A DNA stretch of 64,000 bases, taken from positions 19,490 through 83,489 of the forward strand of contig CAVWMH010000010.1 in the NCBI GenBank assembly GCA_963756075.1, given 5' to 3'. The notes beneath the pieces are model-generated. The model saw nothing but the letters and a program-made list of their open reading frames with translations, searched no databases and was not told the origin of the DNA. The stretch is from Candidatus Dormiibacterota bacterium. Its GTDB lineage: Bacteria > Chloroflexota > Dormibacteria > Aeolococcales > Aeolococcaceae. Made by a program: the position numbers and the translations under genes. Of this stretch, positions 17,272-27,881 are shown one piece after another (the first letter of the stretch is position 1; the number at the start of each line of letters is the position of its first letter).

Positions 17272-18155
17272 GCACGGAATCGAGCATCGGGTTCCTGCTG
17301 CACCCGGGGGAGCAGGCTGCCGTGCAGTCGGCGATCGCCCGCGCCCGGGAGTGCGGGTTTGAGGCGTGGACGGCGCTCGAGGATCCCGAAGGGGCGATGA
17401 CCGAGCACGCCTCGTCGACAGCGCTGCTGGTGACGCTCGGAGGCGACGGCACCTTTCTCTACGGCGCGCGCCTCGCCGCGCCGCTCGGAATCCCCGTCGT
17501 CGGCGTGAATCGCGGCCGCCTCGGGTTCCTCAACGACGTCGAGATCGATGCGCTTCCCGTGGCCATCAGCCGCTTCGCCGCCGGCGACTACACGACCCAG
17601 CGCAGGGCCCTGCTCGAGATCTCGATCGACGATGCGGAGGAACCGGTGCTCGCCATCAACGAGATCGTCGTGCGGGCTCGGGACGTCAACGTCGTCCGGC
17701 TTCGGGTCGACGTCGCTGACGACCTGCTCGGAGCGTTTGACGCCGACGGCGTTGTGGTCGCGACGGCGACCGGGTCGACCGCCTATGCGCTGAGTGCGGG
17801 CGGTCCCCCTGTCGATCCGCGGGTCAGGGCGGTGATCGTCGTCCCGCTCGCCGCCCACGCTGTCATCAGCCGGCCGGTGGTCATCCCGGAACAGCTCGAC
17901 GTCCGAGTGACGGTCGAGCGCGGGCGCGTCTTCGTCGCCGCCGACGGTCGCTCGGTGGCCTGGCTCGCCGACGGCGAGAGCGTTGTCGTCCGGCCGGGGC
18001 CGGAGCTCGAGGTCGTCCGCTTCGCGGACTCGCCATCGTTCAATGCGCGGCTCCGGCAGAAGTTCCGCTACGGCATCCCGCACAAGGACTTGTTGCTCGA
18101 GCCGGTCGATGACGAGCTGCCCGGCGCACAGGGAGTGGTCGATGGCGCTTCGTGA
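17268..18155 (+). CDS. nadK: NAD kinase
   Basis: The ATG at 17268 overlaps the tlyA stop. TLGGDGTFLY, GVNRGRLGFL, ATGSTAYALSAGGP motifs. Confidence 0.9.
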   Translation: MSTESSIGFLLHPGEQAAVQSAIARARECGFEAWTALEDPEGAMTEHASSTALLVTLGGDGTFLYGARLAAPLGIPVVGVNRGRLGFLNDVEIDALPVAISRFAAGDYTTQRRALLEISIDDAEEPVLAINEIVVRARDVNVVRLRVDVADDLLGAFDADGVVVATATGSTAYALSAGGPPVDPRVRAVIVVPLAAHAVISRPVVIPEQLDVRVTVERGRVFVAADGRSVAWLADGESVVVRPGPELEVVRFADSPSFNARLRQKFRYGIPHKDLLLEPVDDELPGAQGVVDGAS

Positions 18156-19875
18156 GCTTCGGGTCAGCAATCTCGCGGTCATCGAGGAGGCACGCCTGTC
18201 GTTCGACGAGGGCTTCAGCGTGCTGACCGGTGAGACGGGCTCCGGCAAATCCATGTGCGTGAACGCGCTGCGCGCCGCGCTCGGAGGTCGTCTCGAGCCC
18301 GAGACGGTGCGTGCGGGAGCCGTGGCGGCGCGGGTGGCCGCCGTTTTCGACAATCCGAGCCCGCGTCTGCGCGCTCGCCGAGCCGAGCTCGGCATCCGCG
18401 ACGACGACCTGATCACGCTCTCCCGCGAGGTCCCGGCCTCGGGGCGAGCCGTCTGCAGAATCGACGGCGCGCTCGTCTCTCAGGCTGTGCTTCGCGAGCT
18501 CGGCGACCTCTGCGTCGACGTGACCGCCCAGGGGACGAGCCACCGCATGCTCCGGCGGAGCTGGCAGCGTGAGGTGCTCGACGCATTCGGCGGCAATGAG
18601 TGCGCCGCGGCGCGAACGGCCACCGCCGCCGCGGTCCAGGCCTGGCGCGACGCCGAGGACGCCGTCGCTGGGGCCCGGCGAGCCGCGAGCACCGGTGCTG
18701 CGGAGCTGCAGCGAGCCCGCGACCTCGTCGACGATCTCGAACCGATGCGTATCCGCGCGGGCGAGGATGGGGAGCTGCAAACCGAGCGGCTCCGGCTCCG
18801 ACACGCCAGCCGGATTGCCGGATGTGCCCTGGCTCTCGCCGAGGCAAGCGGCGGCGACGAGCAGTCTGCAGCGGACCGGCTCGCCGCGGCAATCGGAGGT
18901 GGTGCCGACCTCGCCGCCGTTGATGCGGAGCTGTCGATCTTGCTCGAGGAAGCCGATGAGCTTGTCGAGCGGCTTCGCGAGCTCGCGCTCGACGCGCGCC
19001 GCCACGCCGGCGAGATCACCGTTGATGAGGCTCGGCTGGCCGCGGTCGAGGAACGCCTGGACATGCTGGCCCGGGTCACCCGCCGTCACGGGTCGCTCGA
19101 GTCCGCGCTCGCAGCGCTCGATCGCGCCACTGCGCTGGTCACCAGTGTCGACGGTGAGGCAGGGGCCATCGAGACCCTCGAGGCGGCCGCCGAGACGCGC
19201 CGAGCAGAGGCCGGCGCGGCGGCCGCACACCTGAGCGCCGTCAGGGCATCGTCGGGGCGCCGCCTCGAGCGAGCGGTCACCACGGAACTCCGATCCCTCG
19301 AGCTCCCGCATGCGCGGTTCCGGGTGGTGCTCACCCGCAACCTCGACGTCGGCGGGGTGGATGCGGGCGACGGCACGCCGGTGCGTTGCGGGCCATCGGG
19401 AATCGACGAGGTCGACTTCCGCCTCGCGCCGAATCGCGAGTCGGTACCCATGCCGCTCGACGAAGGGCCGTCGGGAGGCGAGCTCGGCAGGCTCGCGCTG
19501 GCTCTGAGCGCGGTGGTCAGCGAGGACGACGCGCCGGTGCTGGTGCTCGACGAGGTGGACACGGGCATCGGCGGCGAAACCGCCGCGCGTGTCGGCGACG
19601 TGCTCGCTCGCATCGGACGCTCGCGCCAGGTCATCGCGATCACGCACCGTCCCGAGATCGCGGCCCGCGCCGCCTCCCACCTGACCATCACCAAGCTGGA
19701 TCGCCCGGGCGGACCCGTGGCGAGCGCGGCGACGGTCTCGGGGAGCGAGCGCGTGACCGAGATCGCCCGGTTGATGTCGGGCAGGACGACCGAGGCCGCG
19801 CTGACGCGAGCTACGGAACTCCTGGAGGAGGGTGCGGGCGGCGATCGGGGTACCCCCAGCCTCCGTACCATGTAG
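18142..19875 (+). CDS. recN: DNA repair protein RecN
   Basis: MALRELRVSNLAVIEEA...LTGETGSGKS (Walker A), long coiled-coil, LVLDEVDTGIGG (Walker B/D-loop). 14-nt overlap with nadK. Confidence 0.95.
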   Translation: MALRELRVSNLAVIEEARLSFDEGFSVLTGETGSGKSMCVNALRAALGGRLEPETVRAGAVAARVAAVFDNPSPRLRARRAELGIRDDDLITLSREVPASGRAVCRIDGALVSQAVLRELGDLCVDVTAQGTSHRMLRRSWQREVLDAFGGNECAAARTATAAAVQAWRDAEDAVAGARRAASTGAAELQRARDLVDDLEPMRIRAGEDGELQTERLRLRHASRIAGCALALAEASGGDEQSAADRLAAAIGGGADLAAVDAELSILLEEADELVERLRELALDARRHAGEITVDEARLAAVEERLDMLARVTRRHGSLESALAALDRATALVTSVDGEAGAIETLEAAAETRRAEAGAAAAHLSAVRASSGRRLERAVTTELRSLELPHARFRVVLTRNLDVGGVDAGDGTPVRCGPSGIDEVDFRLAPNRESVPMPLDEGPSGGELGRLALALSAVVSEDDAPVLVLDEVDTGIGGETAARVGDVLARIGRSRQVIAITHRPEIAARAASHLTITKLDRPGGPVASAATVSGSERVTEIARLMSGRTTEAALTRATELLEEGAGGDRGTPSLRTM

Positions 19876-19877
19876 CG

Positions 19878-20600
19878 ATGCAGCGGGAGGAGGCGGGGAC
19901 CGCCTCGATCACCGTGGACGCCCCGGGATTCCACGGGACCCTCGAGGAACTCGTCGCCCGGGCGAACCGCGGCGACCTGAACCTGACCGAGCTCTCGGTG
20001 AGCAGCGTGGTCGAGGAGGCGCGGAGCGCGCTCGAGAGCCCCGAGCGGCAAGGTGACCTCCGCGCCCAGGCCGACACGCTCGCATTGCTCGCGCGGCTGG
20101 TGGCGCTCAAGGCGTCCGCAGTGCTGCCCGACCAGGACGCGACCGCGATCGAGCCCGAGGACGACAAGTCCACGGACGCGGGCAGGCGACTCGCCGAATA
20201 CCGTCTCTTCAAAGCGGCGGCCGAGGCCCTGCTGGCGGATGCGGCAACCGACGGTGCTCGCAGCTTCCTGGGGCTCGTGTCCACAGAGGTCATCCCGATC
20301 GAACGGCTGCGCATCGCGCCCGAGCGCCTCGCCGCTGCTTTCCGCGCCGTCCTGGAGCGCCTGACTGACGCCGAGCCGCTGCCGGTGACGATCACCTACT
20401 CCGTCGAGGACAAGGTCCGGCTGCTCCGCGATCGCCTCATGCTCGGGACACTCGAGTTCGAGGAGGTCTTCGCCGGCGTGAGCACCCGGCTCGAGGCCGT
20501 TGCCTGCTTCCTGGCACTGCTCGAGATGCTCAAACGTGGCGAGGCGACGGTGGAGCAGCGCGACGCCTTCGGGCCGATCACGGTGACCGGCCGTGGATGA
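19878..20600 (+). CDS. scpA: segregation and condensation protein A
   Basis: In-frame ATG at 19878, just after the recN stop. FHGTLEELVARANRGDLNLTELSV ... ACFLALLEMLKRGE pattern of ScpA kleisins. Confidence 0.85.
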   Translation: MQREEAGTASITVDAPGFHGTLEELVARANRGDLNLTELSVSSVVEEARSALESPERQGDLRAQADTLALLARLVALKASAVLPDQDATAIEPEDDKSTDAGRRLAEYRLFKAAAEALLADAATDGARSFLGLVSTEVIPIERLRIAPERLAAAFRAVLERLTDAEPLPVTITYSVEDKVRLLRDRLMLGTLEFEEVFAGVSTRLEAVACFLALLEMLKRGEATVEQRDAFGPITVTGRG

Positions 20601-21183
20601 CGTCCTGGTGCTCGACGTCTTCGGCCGCGCAACCGTGCCCGAGGGAACGGCTGACGCCGAGCCGGAGGACCTGGCGCCCGCGCTCGAGGCGCTCTGTTTC
20701 GCGCTCGGCCGCGAGGTGACCATCGCGGAGGCGGCGGCCATCCTCGAGCGCAGCCCCTCCGCCGTGGCACGGTCGGCCGGAGTGCTGGCCATGGACCTCC
20801 GAGGGCGAGGGCTGATGCTGCAGCGCTCCGACCAGTCGATCCAGCTGGTGACGCGCCCGGAGATGGCCTGGGCTGTGCAGCGAGCGCTCCACCCCGAACG
20901 CCCTTCGCGGCTCAGCCGGGCCGCCATGGAAACGCTGGCGATCGTCGCCTACCGCCAGCCGGTCACCAAGGCGGTGATCGAGTCCATCCGCGGCGTGGAC
21001 TGCGAGGCGGTGCTCGAACACCTGACTGAGCGGCGCCTGATCGCCGAGGTCGCCCGCCAGGAGACCCCCGGCCATCCGCGCCTCTTCGGCACGACACTCC
21101 GGTTCCTCCAGCTGGTGGGCCTCGAGCGGATCGAGGATCTCCCCCCGGTGGCCGAGAGCGTGGTGCTCCCCAACTTCGAGTGA
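20593..21183 (+). CDS. scpB: segregation and condensation protein B
   Basis: 196 aa. LSRAAMETLAIVAYRQPVTKAVIESIRGVDCEAVLEHL winged-helix repeat typical of ScpB. Confidence 0.9.
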   Translation: MDDVLVLDVFGRATVPEGTADAEPEDLAPALEALCFALGREVTIAEAAAILERSPSAVARSAGVLAMDLRGRGLMLQRSDQSIQLVTRPEMAWAVQRALHPERPSRLSRAAMETLAIVAYRQPVTKAVIESIRGVDCEAVLEHLTERRLIAEVARQETPGHPRLFGTTLRFLQLVGLERIEDLPPVAESVVLPNFE

Positions 21184-21935
21184 GTGCGAGTCCGCCGGAG
21201 CGGTTGAACCGATTCCTCGCGCGCCGAGGTGTGGCTTCGCGACGCGGCGCGGACGAGCTCATCGCTGACGGTCGGGTCACGATCAACGGCAAGGTGAGCC
21301 GCCTCGGCGCCGTCGTCGATCCCTCGGTGGACCGCGTGAGCGTCGACGGGCGCCGCATTCCCGCGCGGGCAGTTTCCGTCACTATCGTCCTCAACAAGCC
21401 GGTCGGCGTGGTCACGACGCGCAGCGATCCGTACCAACGTCGCACCGTCATGGATCTGATCGAGCCGGTCCCCGGGCTCGTTCCGGTCGGCAGGCTCGAC
21501 GCCGACAGCCGCGGGCTGCTGGTGCTCACCACCGACGGGGACCTCGCTCACGCGGTGTCTCACCCGCGCCACGGCGTCACCAAGCGCTATCTGGCAACCC
21601 TCGACCGTGCGATCCCCGCCGAGCAGCTCGACCAGCTCACCGCAGGGGTGGATCTCGAGGACGGCCCCGCCCGCGCCGTCGCCGCGAGACCTTCCGGATC
21701 TGACTCGGTCGTCGAGGTCGTCATGGCCGAGGGCCGCAAGCGTGAGGTGCGGCGGCTCTTTGCGGCGATCGGCTACGAGGTGCGCGACCTCGTCCGGGTC
21801 GCGGTCGGCCCGCTCGAGCTCGGCGCGCTCGCCGAAGGTGAGGCGCGGCCACTGCGCCCGGCCGAGCTGTCGTCGCTACGCGTGGCCGCCGGGCTGGCGG
21901 CGCCGCTCCGCACCGCGGCTCGACCACCGCGGTGA
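21180..21935 (+). CDS. rluB: rRNA pseudouridine synthase (RsuA/RluB family)
   Basis: S4 domain (RLNRFLARRGVASRRGADELI) plus the catalytic VGRLDADSRGLLVLTTDG motif. Confidence 0.85.
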   Translation: MSASPPERLNRFLARRGVASRRGADELIADGRVTINGKVSRLGAVVDPSVDRVSVDGRRIPARAVSVTIVLNKPVGVVTTRSDPYQRRTVMDLIEPVPGLVPVGRLDADSRGLLVLTTDGDLAHAVSHPRHGVTKRYLATLDRAIPAEQLDQLTAGVDLEDGPARAVAARPSGSDSVVEVVMAEGRKREVRRLFAAIGYEVRDLVRVAVGPLELGALAEGEARPLRPAELSSLRVAAGLAAPLRTAARPPR

Positions 21936-22642
21936 CGCCCCCCGTCATCACCATCGACGGTCCCGCCGGCAGTGGCAAGACAACTCTCGGCCGGCGTCTC
22001 GCCACGACGCTGGGCCTTCCGCTCGTCGACACCGGGCTCTTCTATCGGGGCGTCATGGTCGCGGCTGCGCGCGCCGGCATCCACCCCGACGACCGCGAGG
22101 CGCTGATCGACTGCGCACGCCGGACGACGGTGATCATCGACACCGACCCGCGCCACGACGACGCCGACAGTGCGGCGAGCGTGAACGGGATCGACGCCGG
22201 TCCCGCGCTGCGCGATCCCGCCAACGCTCCATTGCTCGCGTCGATCAGCAGCATCCCTGAGGTTCGCGCGGCGTTGCTCGACGCGCAACGCAGCCTTGCG
22301 CGTGGCGGCGCCATCGCCGTGGGTCGCGACTGCGGCACCGTGGTGTTTCCCGGAGCTCAGCTCAAGCTCTACCTCGACGCGTCGGAACCGGTGCGTGCGC
22401 AGCGACGGGCATCACAACTCCGAGGGAGTGGGGCCAGCACGGACACCGCGTTGATGCATGGCGAGGTTGGGGCTCGCGATCGCACCGACGCCTCGCGCAG
22501 CGCCGCGCCCATGCGGCCCGCTGACGATGCGCACGTCCTCGACACCGGCGCGCTCGGCATCGACGAGGTGGTGCAGACGGCGCTCGAGCTCTGGGCCGCC
22601 GTTGCGGCTGACGCGCGGGCAGCGAAGCCGCCGCGATCATGA
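21932..22642 (+). CDS. cmk: cytidylate kinase
   Basis: ITIDGPAGSGKTTLGRRLA, DTGLFYR, GRDCGTVVFP motifs. Confidence 0.95.
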   Translation: MTPPVITIDGPAGSGKTTLGRRLATTLGLPLVDTGLFYRGVMVAAARAGIHPDDREALIDCARRTTVIIDTDPRHDDADSAASVNGIDAGPALRDPANAPLLASISSIPEVRAALLDAQRSLARGGAIAVGRDCGTVVFPGAQLKLYLDASEPVRAQRRASQLRGSGASTDTALMHGEVGARDRTDASRSAAPMRPADDAHVLDTGALGIDEVVQTALELWAAVAADARAAKPPRS

Positions 22643-25440
22643 TGGAAGGCGTGATCAGTGGTCAGTCGCACCTCGACCACCTGGTCGCCTTCGACCTGGA
22701 GACCACCGGGCTCTCGCCGCGCAGCGACCGGATCCTCGAGATCGGCGCTGTGCGCTACGACCATGCGCTGCGTCCGATCGACGAGCTCGAGGTCGTCGTC
22801 GATCCGCAGATGCCGATTCCCCTCGCCATCCAGCGGCTGGTGGGCCTGACCGACGAGGACGTCCTGGGAGCGCCGGCGCCGGCCGAGGCGGCGGCGCAAC
22901 TTGCGGGATTCTGCGGGGACGCGGCGCTGATCGCTCACGGCGGAACCTTCGATCTGCTGTTCCTACGAGCCCTCATCTCCGACAGCTTCGGCTCGCGTCT
23001 GCTGTACGACACCCTCGATCTCGCGCGCATCTTCCTGCCGACCTACGAGAGCCACAGCCTGCCGCTCCTGAGCCGCCGCCTCGGCATCGTCCACGAGCGC
23101 CCCCACCGCGCGCTCAGCGACGCCCGGGCGACCGGCGACCTGTTTCGGGTGCTCGTCGGCGCCGGGCGAACCCTGCCCGAGGCCACCGTCGCGGAGATGC
23201 GGCGGGTCGCTGCCCAGGCGCCCGGACCCTTGCAGGCGTTTCTCAGCGACGTGATGGTCCGCCCGGGGGTGGACACCACAGCGCCCGTCGACCACGAGGC
23301 ACCGCCCGTCGCGCGACTGACGCCGAGCCCGACCCCCCGGGCCACGTCGGCGCCTGACGGGCGCAGCATCGGCGAGGCGGCCGCAGCGCTCCTCGGGCCC
23401 GGCGGGCCTCTGTCAGTGCGCGACGGCTACGAGTATCGCGAGGCACAGGTCCAGATGGCCACGGCGATCGGGCAGACGCTCGAACGCAGGCGCCGTCTCA
23501 TGGTGGAGGCCGGGACCGGCGTCGGGAAGTCGCTCGCCTACCTGGTACCGCTCGCGCTCTGGGCAGCGCGCACCGGCAAGCGCGCGGTGGTCGCAACCCA
23601 CACGATCAATCTGCAGGAACAGCTCGCCGACCGTGACCTCCCCGCAGTGGCCGGGCTGCTCGACGACCCTGTGTCGTTCGCCGTGCTCAAAGGGCGCAAT
23701 CACTATCTGAGCCTGCGCAGGTGGCGTCGATTCCTGGCCACGCCGGATGGTGGGGGACACGAGCCCGACATCGTGTCCATCCGCTTCAAGTTGAAGATCC
23801 TCGCATGGCTCGCACGAACCACGACCGGGGACCGTTCGGAGATCCATCTCGCCGGCGAGGAGGAGCAACTCTGGCGACGCATCGCGTCGGACGTCACCGA
23901 TTGCCTCGGCCCTGCATGCGCCAACTGGGGCAACGCGCGCTGTCACATGGTGGGGGCCCGGCGCACGGCGACAGATGCAGCCATTGTTGTCACGAACCAT
24001 GCGCTCCTGCTTGCGGGCACTGAGCGGCAGGGTCAGGTCATTGGCCCGTACGACGCGCTGGTCGTCGACGAGGCGCACCACCTCGAGCAGGTCGCAACCG
24101 AACAGCTCGGCATCAACATGCGGCTGGCGGATCTCTCGCTCATCCTCGATCGCCTTCCCGCGCTTGCGGATACGCCGCTCAGCGCGGACATCGAACGCTG
24201 CCGCGAGGCGGGCCAGCGCCTATTCGGGGACGCCAAGGGATTCATGTCCGCAAAGCTCGGCGGTGAACACGCGGGGAACGGCCGGATCGGCCTGTCCGAA
24301 GGGGTTCGCGGCGATCCCGGGTTCGGATTCGTGGAGCGCTCCGCAATGCACGCCGTCGGCGTCCTCCAGCGCACGGCGGGGATGATCGCGTCCCGGTCGA
24401 CGGCGGGACTGCAGGCTGAGCTCCTGCCTCAGCCGGACCGTGCGGACGACGAGCTCGAGCACGCCGCCGTGGCGCTGGCCGGACTCGCCGCCGCGATCGA
24501 CCACGTGATCGTCCGGCCGCGCGACGGGATGGTGGCCTGGATCGAGATGCGCGGCGAGCAGGCTGAGCTGCACGAGGCGCCCATCGACGTGTCGGTGCCG
24601 CTCGCCGAGGCGGTCTTCGACCCCGCCGAGGCGGTTGTCCTGACGTCGGCAACGCTCTCGGTCGGAGGTGAGTTCGACTTCATCCGTCAACGGGTGGGCA
24701 TCGGCGCGACCGCAGACGAACTGATGCTGCCATCCCCGTTCGACTACCTCCGTCAGGCCGTCTGCATCCTGCCCGAGGACGCGACCGCATACGACGACCC
24801 GATGCACGACCTGCAGATGACCGCGCTCATCGACGACATCGCGGCGCGCCTCGACGGCCACACGCTCGTGCTCTTCACCAGCTACGGACCGCTCAAACGC
24901 GTCTGGGCGCTCCTCCAGGAGCGTCTTGATGCGCGCGGCATCGCGAGCCTTGCGCAGGGTCTCGACGGCACGAGGCGACAGATCCTCCAGAGCTTCCTCG
25001 CCGATCCACGCACCGTGCTGCTCGCGACCAGCAGCTTCTGGGAGGGCATCGACATCCCAGGCGACCGGCTGCGCTGCGTGGTGATCGACAAGCTGCCATT
25101 CCCGGTGCCGACCGATCCGCTGGTTCGCGCGCGCTCCGAGCAACTCTCGGACCCGTTCGGCGAGTACGTGCTCCCGGTGGCGATCATTCGCCTCCGCCAG
25201 GGGTTCGGTCGCCTCATCCGGAGCGCGTCCGATCGCGGCGCGGTGGTGCTCTGCGATCCGCGCCTGCGCACCCGTCAGTACGGGCTCGGATTCCTTCGCG
25301 CGCTGCCCCCGGCACCGATGGCGGTCACCGCCTTCGACCGGGTCGCGGCGATGGTGGGGGAGTTCGTGAACTCGGGGGCAGTGCCCGAGACCGTGGGAGA
25401 ATCAGCCGGATGGTCCTCGAACGATCTCGAACCGGCGTGA
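22639..25440 (+). CDS. dinG: bifunctional 3'-5' exonuclease / DinG-family ATP-dependent DNA helicase
   Basis: 933 aa. N-terminal DnaQ-like exonuclease (VAFDLETTGL, HRALSDA). Then Rad3/DinG helicase motifs (EAGTGVGKSLAYLVP, VVDEAHHLE, SATLS, TSSFWEGIDIPG). Confidence 0.9.
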   Translation: MMEGVISGQSHLDHLVAFDLETTGLSPRSDRILEIGAVRYDHALRPIDELEVVVDPQMPIPLAIQRLVGLTDEDVLGAPAPAEAAAQLAGFCGDAALIAHGGTFDLLFLRALISDSFGSRLLYDTLDLARIFLPTYESHSLPLLSRRLGIVHERPHRALSDARATGDLFRVLVGAGRTLPEATVAEMRRVAAQAPGPLQAFLSDVMVRPGVDTTAPVDHEAPPVARLTPSPTPRATSAPDGRSIGEAAAALLGPGGPLSVRDGYEYREAQVQMATAIGQTLERRRRLMVEAGTGVGKSLAYLVPLALWAARTGKRAVVATHTINLQEQLADRDLPAVAGLLDDPVSFAVLKGRNHYLSLRRWRRFLATPDGGGHEPDIVSIRFKLKILAWLARTTTGDRSEIHLAGEEEQLWRRIASDVTDCLGPACANWGNARCHMVGARRTATDAAIVVTNHALLLAGTERQGQVIGPYDALVVDEAHHLEQVATEQLGINMRLADLSLILDRLPALADTPLSADIERCREAGQRLFGDAKGFMSAKLGGEHAGNGRIGLSEGVRGDPGFGFVERSAMHAVGVLQRTAGMIASRSTAGLQAELLPQPDRADDELEHAAVALAGLAAAIDHVIVRPRDGMVAWIEMRGEQAELHEAPIDVSVPLAEAVFDPAEAVVLTSATLSVGGEFDFIRQRVGIGATADELMLPSPFDYLRQAVCILPEDATAYDDPMHDLQMTALIDDIAARLDGHTLVLFTSYGPLKRVWALLQERLDARGIASLAQGLDGTRRQILQSFLADPRTVLLATSSFWEGIDIPGDRLRCVVIDKLPFPVPTDPLVRARSEQLSDPFGEYVLPVAIIRLRQGFGRLIRSASDRGAVVLCDPRLRTRQYGLGFLRALPPAPMAVTAFDRVAAMVGEFVNSGAVPETVGESAGWSSNDLEPA

Positions 25441-26399
25441 TTCCCACCGTCGCCGGCGAACCTGGCGAACCGGTGGTGGCGCCATCGACCGACCCCGAGA
25501 CGGTCGCCGACCCGGCCGGGTCGGTGACCGTCGCGCTCGCGCAGTTCTATCCCCGGCTCGGGGATGTCGCGGCCAACCTCGCCGCGCACCTGACAACCAT
25601 TGAGAGTGCGGCCGCTATGGGAGCCGGCCTCGTGGTGTTCCCCGAACTCTCGCTCACCGGCTACTTCCTCAAGGACCAGGTGCCCGAGGTCGCGCTCACG
25701 ATCGATTCGTCCGAGGTCGGCTCCCTGCGGGATGCGTCGCGCGAGGGTGGCATCGACGTCGTCGCCGGGATGATCGTGGAGAGCGACGAGCACCGCTTCT
25801 ATAACGCCGCGCTGTACATCAGCGGCGGCGATGTGGTCCACGTGCATCGCAAGGTGTATCTGCCGACCTACGGGCTGTTCGATGAGCAGCGGTATGTCGC
25901 GGCCGGCGATCGTTTCCGCGCCTTTGACGCGCCGCTCGGCGGCCGGGCGGACCATCGGTGGCGCGCCGGGATCCTCATCTGCGAGGACCTCTGGCACCCG
26001 TCAGCTCCAGCACTGCTGGCGCGCCAGGGTGTGGATCTGGTCATCTGCCCATCGGCGTCGCCAGGGCGCGGGCAGCTGCAAGGCGAGGCGCTGGGCACCG
26101 CGAGCAGCTACGACGTGATGACCCGCACATACGCACAGCTCTTCACCACGTACGTCCTGTACTGCAACAGATCCGGATTCGAGGACGGCGTGGGCTTCTG
26201 GGGGGGCTCACGGGTGGTTGACCCGACGGGCGCCGTGGTCGCCGAAGTTCGCGGCGCTCATGAGTCCGTGCTCCTGCACGGCCTCGAGCGCAGCGCGATC
26301 CGCCGCGCCCGTGTCGCCTATCCGCTGCTGCGTGACGAACGAAACGATGTCAACGACGCCGAGACCGATCAACTCCGACGCCGACACGCTCGCGGTTGA
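25437..26399 (+). CDS. carbon-nitrogen hydrolase (nitrilase superfamily), probable glutaminase partner or domain of NAD+ synthetase
   Basis: VALAQF..., [11 protein letters not shown] (catalytic Glu), VHRKVYLP (Lys), [11 protein letters not shown] (Cys). The GTG at 25437 overlaps the dinG stop. The ORF-track start at 25410 is also possible. Confidence 0.8.
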   Translation: MIPTVAGEPGEPVVAPSTDPETVADPAGSVTVALAQFYPRLGDVAANLAAHLTTIESAAAMGAGLVVFPELSLTGYFLKDQVPEVALTIDSSEVGSLRDASREGGIDVVAGMIVESDEHRFYNAALYISGGDVVHVHRKVYLPTYGLFDEQRYVAAGDRFRAFDAPLGGRADHRWRAGILICEDLWHPSAPALLARQGVDLVICPSASPGRGQLQGEALGTASSYDVMTRTYAQLFTTYVLYCNRSGFEDGVGFWGGSRVVDPTGAVVAEVRGAHESVLLHGLERSAIRRARVAYPLLRDERNDVNDAETDQLRRRHARG

Positions 26400-27201
26400 C
26401 GCCCCGTTCGTCATCGAGCTGCTCCGCGGCTTCATTGCCGACGGCGTGCGCAAGGTTGGGTTCGAGCGCGTCATCGTCGGCCTCTCGGGGGGTGTCAACT
26501 CCTCGCTGGTGACCGCGCTCGCGGTGTCGTCGCTGGGGACGGACAACGTCGTTGCCGTGTTCATGCCGTATCGGAGCAGCGATCCGCAATCGCAGATCGA
26601 TGCGCTCGCGGTGTGCGAGAGCCTCGGCATCAGTGCGGAGATCATCGACATCACACCCCAGGTGGACACGTATTTCGATCGCTTCCCGGACGCCGATCGC
26701 ACGCGCCGGGGCAACAAGATGGCCCGCGAACGCATGTCGATTCTGTACGACCACTCCATGGCCGAGCGCGCGCTGGTGCTCGGCACGTCCAACAAGACGG
26801 AGTTGCTGCTCGGATACGGCACGCTGTTCGGCGACATGGCCAGTGCGTTGAACCCGATCGGCGACCTCTACAAGACGCAGGTGTACGCACTGGCTCGCGC
26901 ATTGGGCCTGCCGCACAGTGTCCTGACCAAAGCGCCGAGCGCGGACCTCTGGGTCGGGCAATCCGATGAGGACGAGCTGGGGATGCGCTACGCGGTGGTT
27001 GACCAGGTGCTGCACCTGCTCGTCGACGAGCGTCGCAGCCGGGCCGAGGTCATCGCGCTCGGGTTCGACGCCGCCGCGGTCGACAGCATCGTTGCGCGCG
27101 TCCGCGGCAGCCAGTACAAGCGCCGGCCCCCGGTCATCGCGAAGTTGAGCAACCGCACGATCGACCGGGAATTCCGCTACCCGCGGGATTGGGGTCGATG
27201 A
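26347..27201 (+). CDS. nadE: NAD+ synthetase (synthetase domain)
   Basis: [13 protein letters not shown]-loop (SGGxDS variant), [38 protein letters not shown] motifs. The ATG at 26347 overlaps the hydrolase ORF by 53 nt in the +1 frame (see findings). Confidence 0.9.
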   Translation: MSTTPRPINSDADTLAVDAPFVIELLRGFIADGVRKVGFERVIVGLSGGVNSSLVTALAVSSLGTDNVVAVFMPYRSSDPQSQIDALAVCESLGISAEIIDITPQVDTYFDRFPDADRTRRGNKMARERMSILYDHSMAERALVLGTSNKTELLLGYGTLFGDMASALNPIGDLYKTQVYALARALGLPHSVLTKAPSADLWVGQSDEDELGMRYAVVDQVLHLLVDERRSRAEVIALGFDAAAVDSIVARVRGSQYKRRPPVIAKLSNRTIDREFRYPRDWGR

Positions 27202-27881
27202 GCGATCTGACCGGGACGCTGGCCGTCGTCGCGACGCCCATCGGCAACCTCGAGGACATCACGCTGCGCGCGTTGCGCGTGCTGCGCGAGTGCGACGCGG
27301 TGATCGCCGAGGATTCGCGGCGCACCAAGGCGCTGCTCACCGCGCACGGGGTGCACAAACCTGTGCTGTCGCTGCCTGCGTTCGACGAGCGCCGGCGCGT
27401 ACCTCAACTCATCGAGCGGCTCGAGCGCGGGGAGACGCTCGCCCTCTGCACGGATGCCGGCACGCCCGCGTTGAGCGACCCCGGCGCCCTCCTGGTGCGG
27501 ACGGCCCTCGACGGCGGCCACCGCGTGACCCCGATTCCCGGCGCGTCGGCGCTCACTGCCGCGCTCGCATCGAGTGGCTTCCCTGCCAGCGCGTTCTGCT
27601 TTCTCGGCTTTCTCCCGCGCACCGCCGGCAAGCTCGTCCGCGTCCTCGAGGAGGCGATGCGAGAGGATCGCACCATCGCGTTCTTCGAGTCGCCGATGCG
27701 GATCACCAAGACACTCCGGCTTGCGGTGCCGGTCCTCGGTGACCGTCCCGTCGTCGTCGCCCGTGAGCTGACCAAGCTGCACGAGACGCTGCATCGCGGG
27801 ACCGCTGCAACGCTGGTCGAGGAATTCACGGCGCGGCCGCCGCGGGGCGAATGCACAGTGGTTGTCGGGGCTCACCCGTGA
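27198..27881 (+). CDS. rsmI: 16S rRNA (cytidine1402-2'-O)-methyltransferase
   Basis: [45 protein letters not shown] motifs. The ATG at 27198 overlaps the nadE stop. Confidence 0.9.
   Translation: MSDLTGTLAVVATPIGNLEDITLRALRVLRECDAVIAEDSRRTKALLTAHGVHKPVLSLPAFDERRRVPQLIERLERGETLALCTDAGTPALSDPGALLVRTALDGGHRVTPIPGASALTAALASSGFPASAFCFLGFLPRTAGKLVRVLEEAMREDRTIAFFESPMRITKTLRLAVPVLGDRPVVVARELTKLHETLHRGTAATLVEEFTARPPRGECTVVVGAHP

Noticed and set aside
22639-25440. DinG-exonuclease fusion as part of a defence system
   Set aside because: The exonuclease-DinG architecture is the standard housekeeping form in many Gram-positive lineages. It sits in a conserved cmk/nadE/rsmI string with no nearby defence-type genes.
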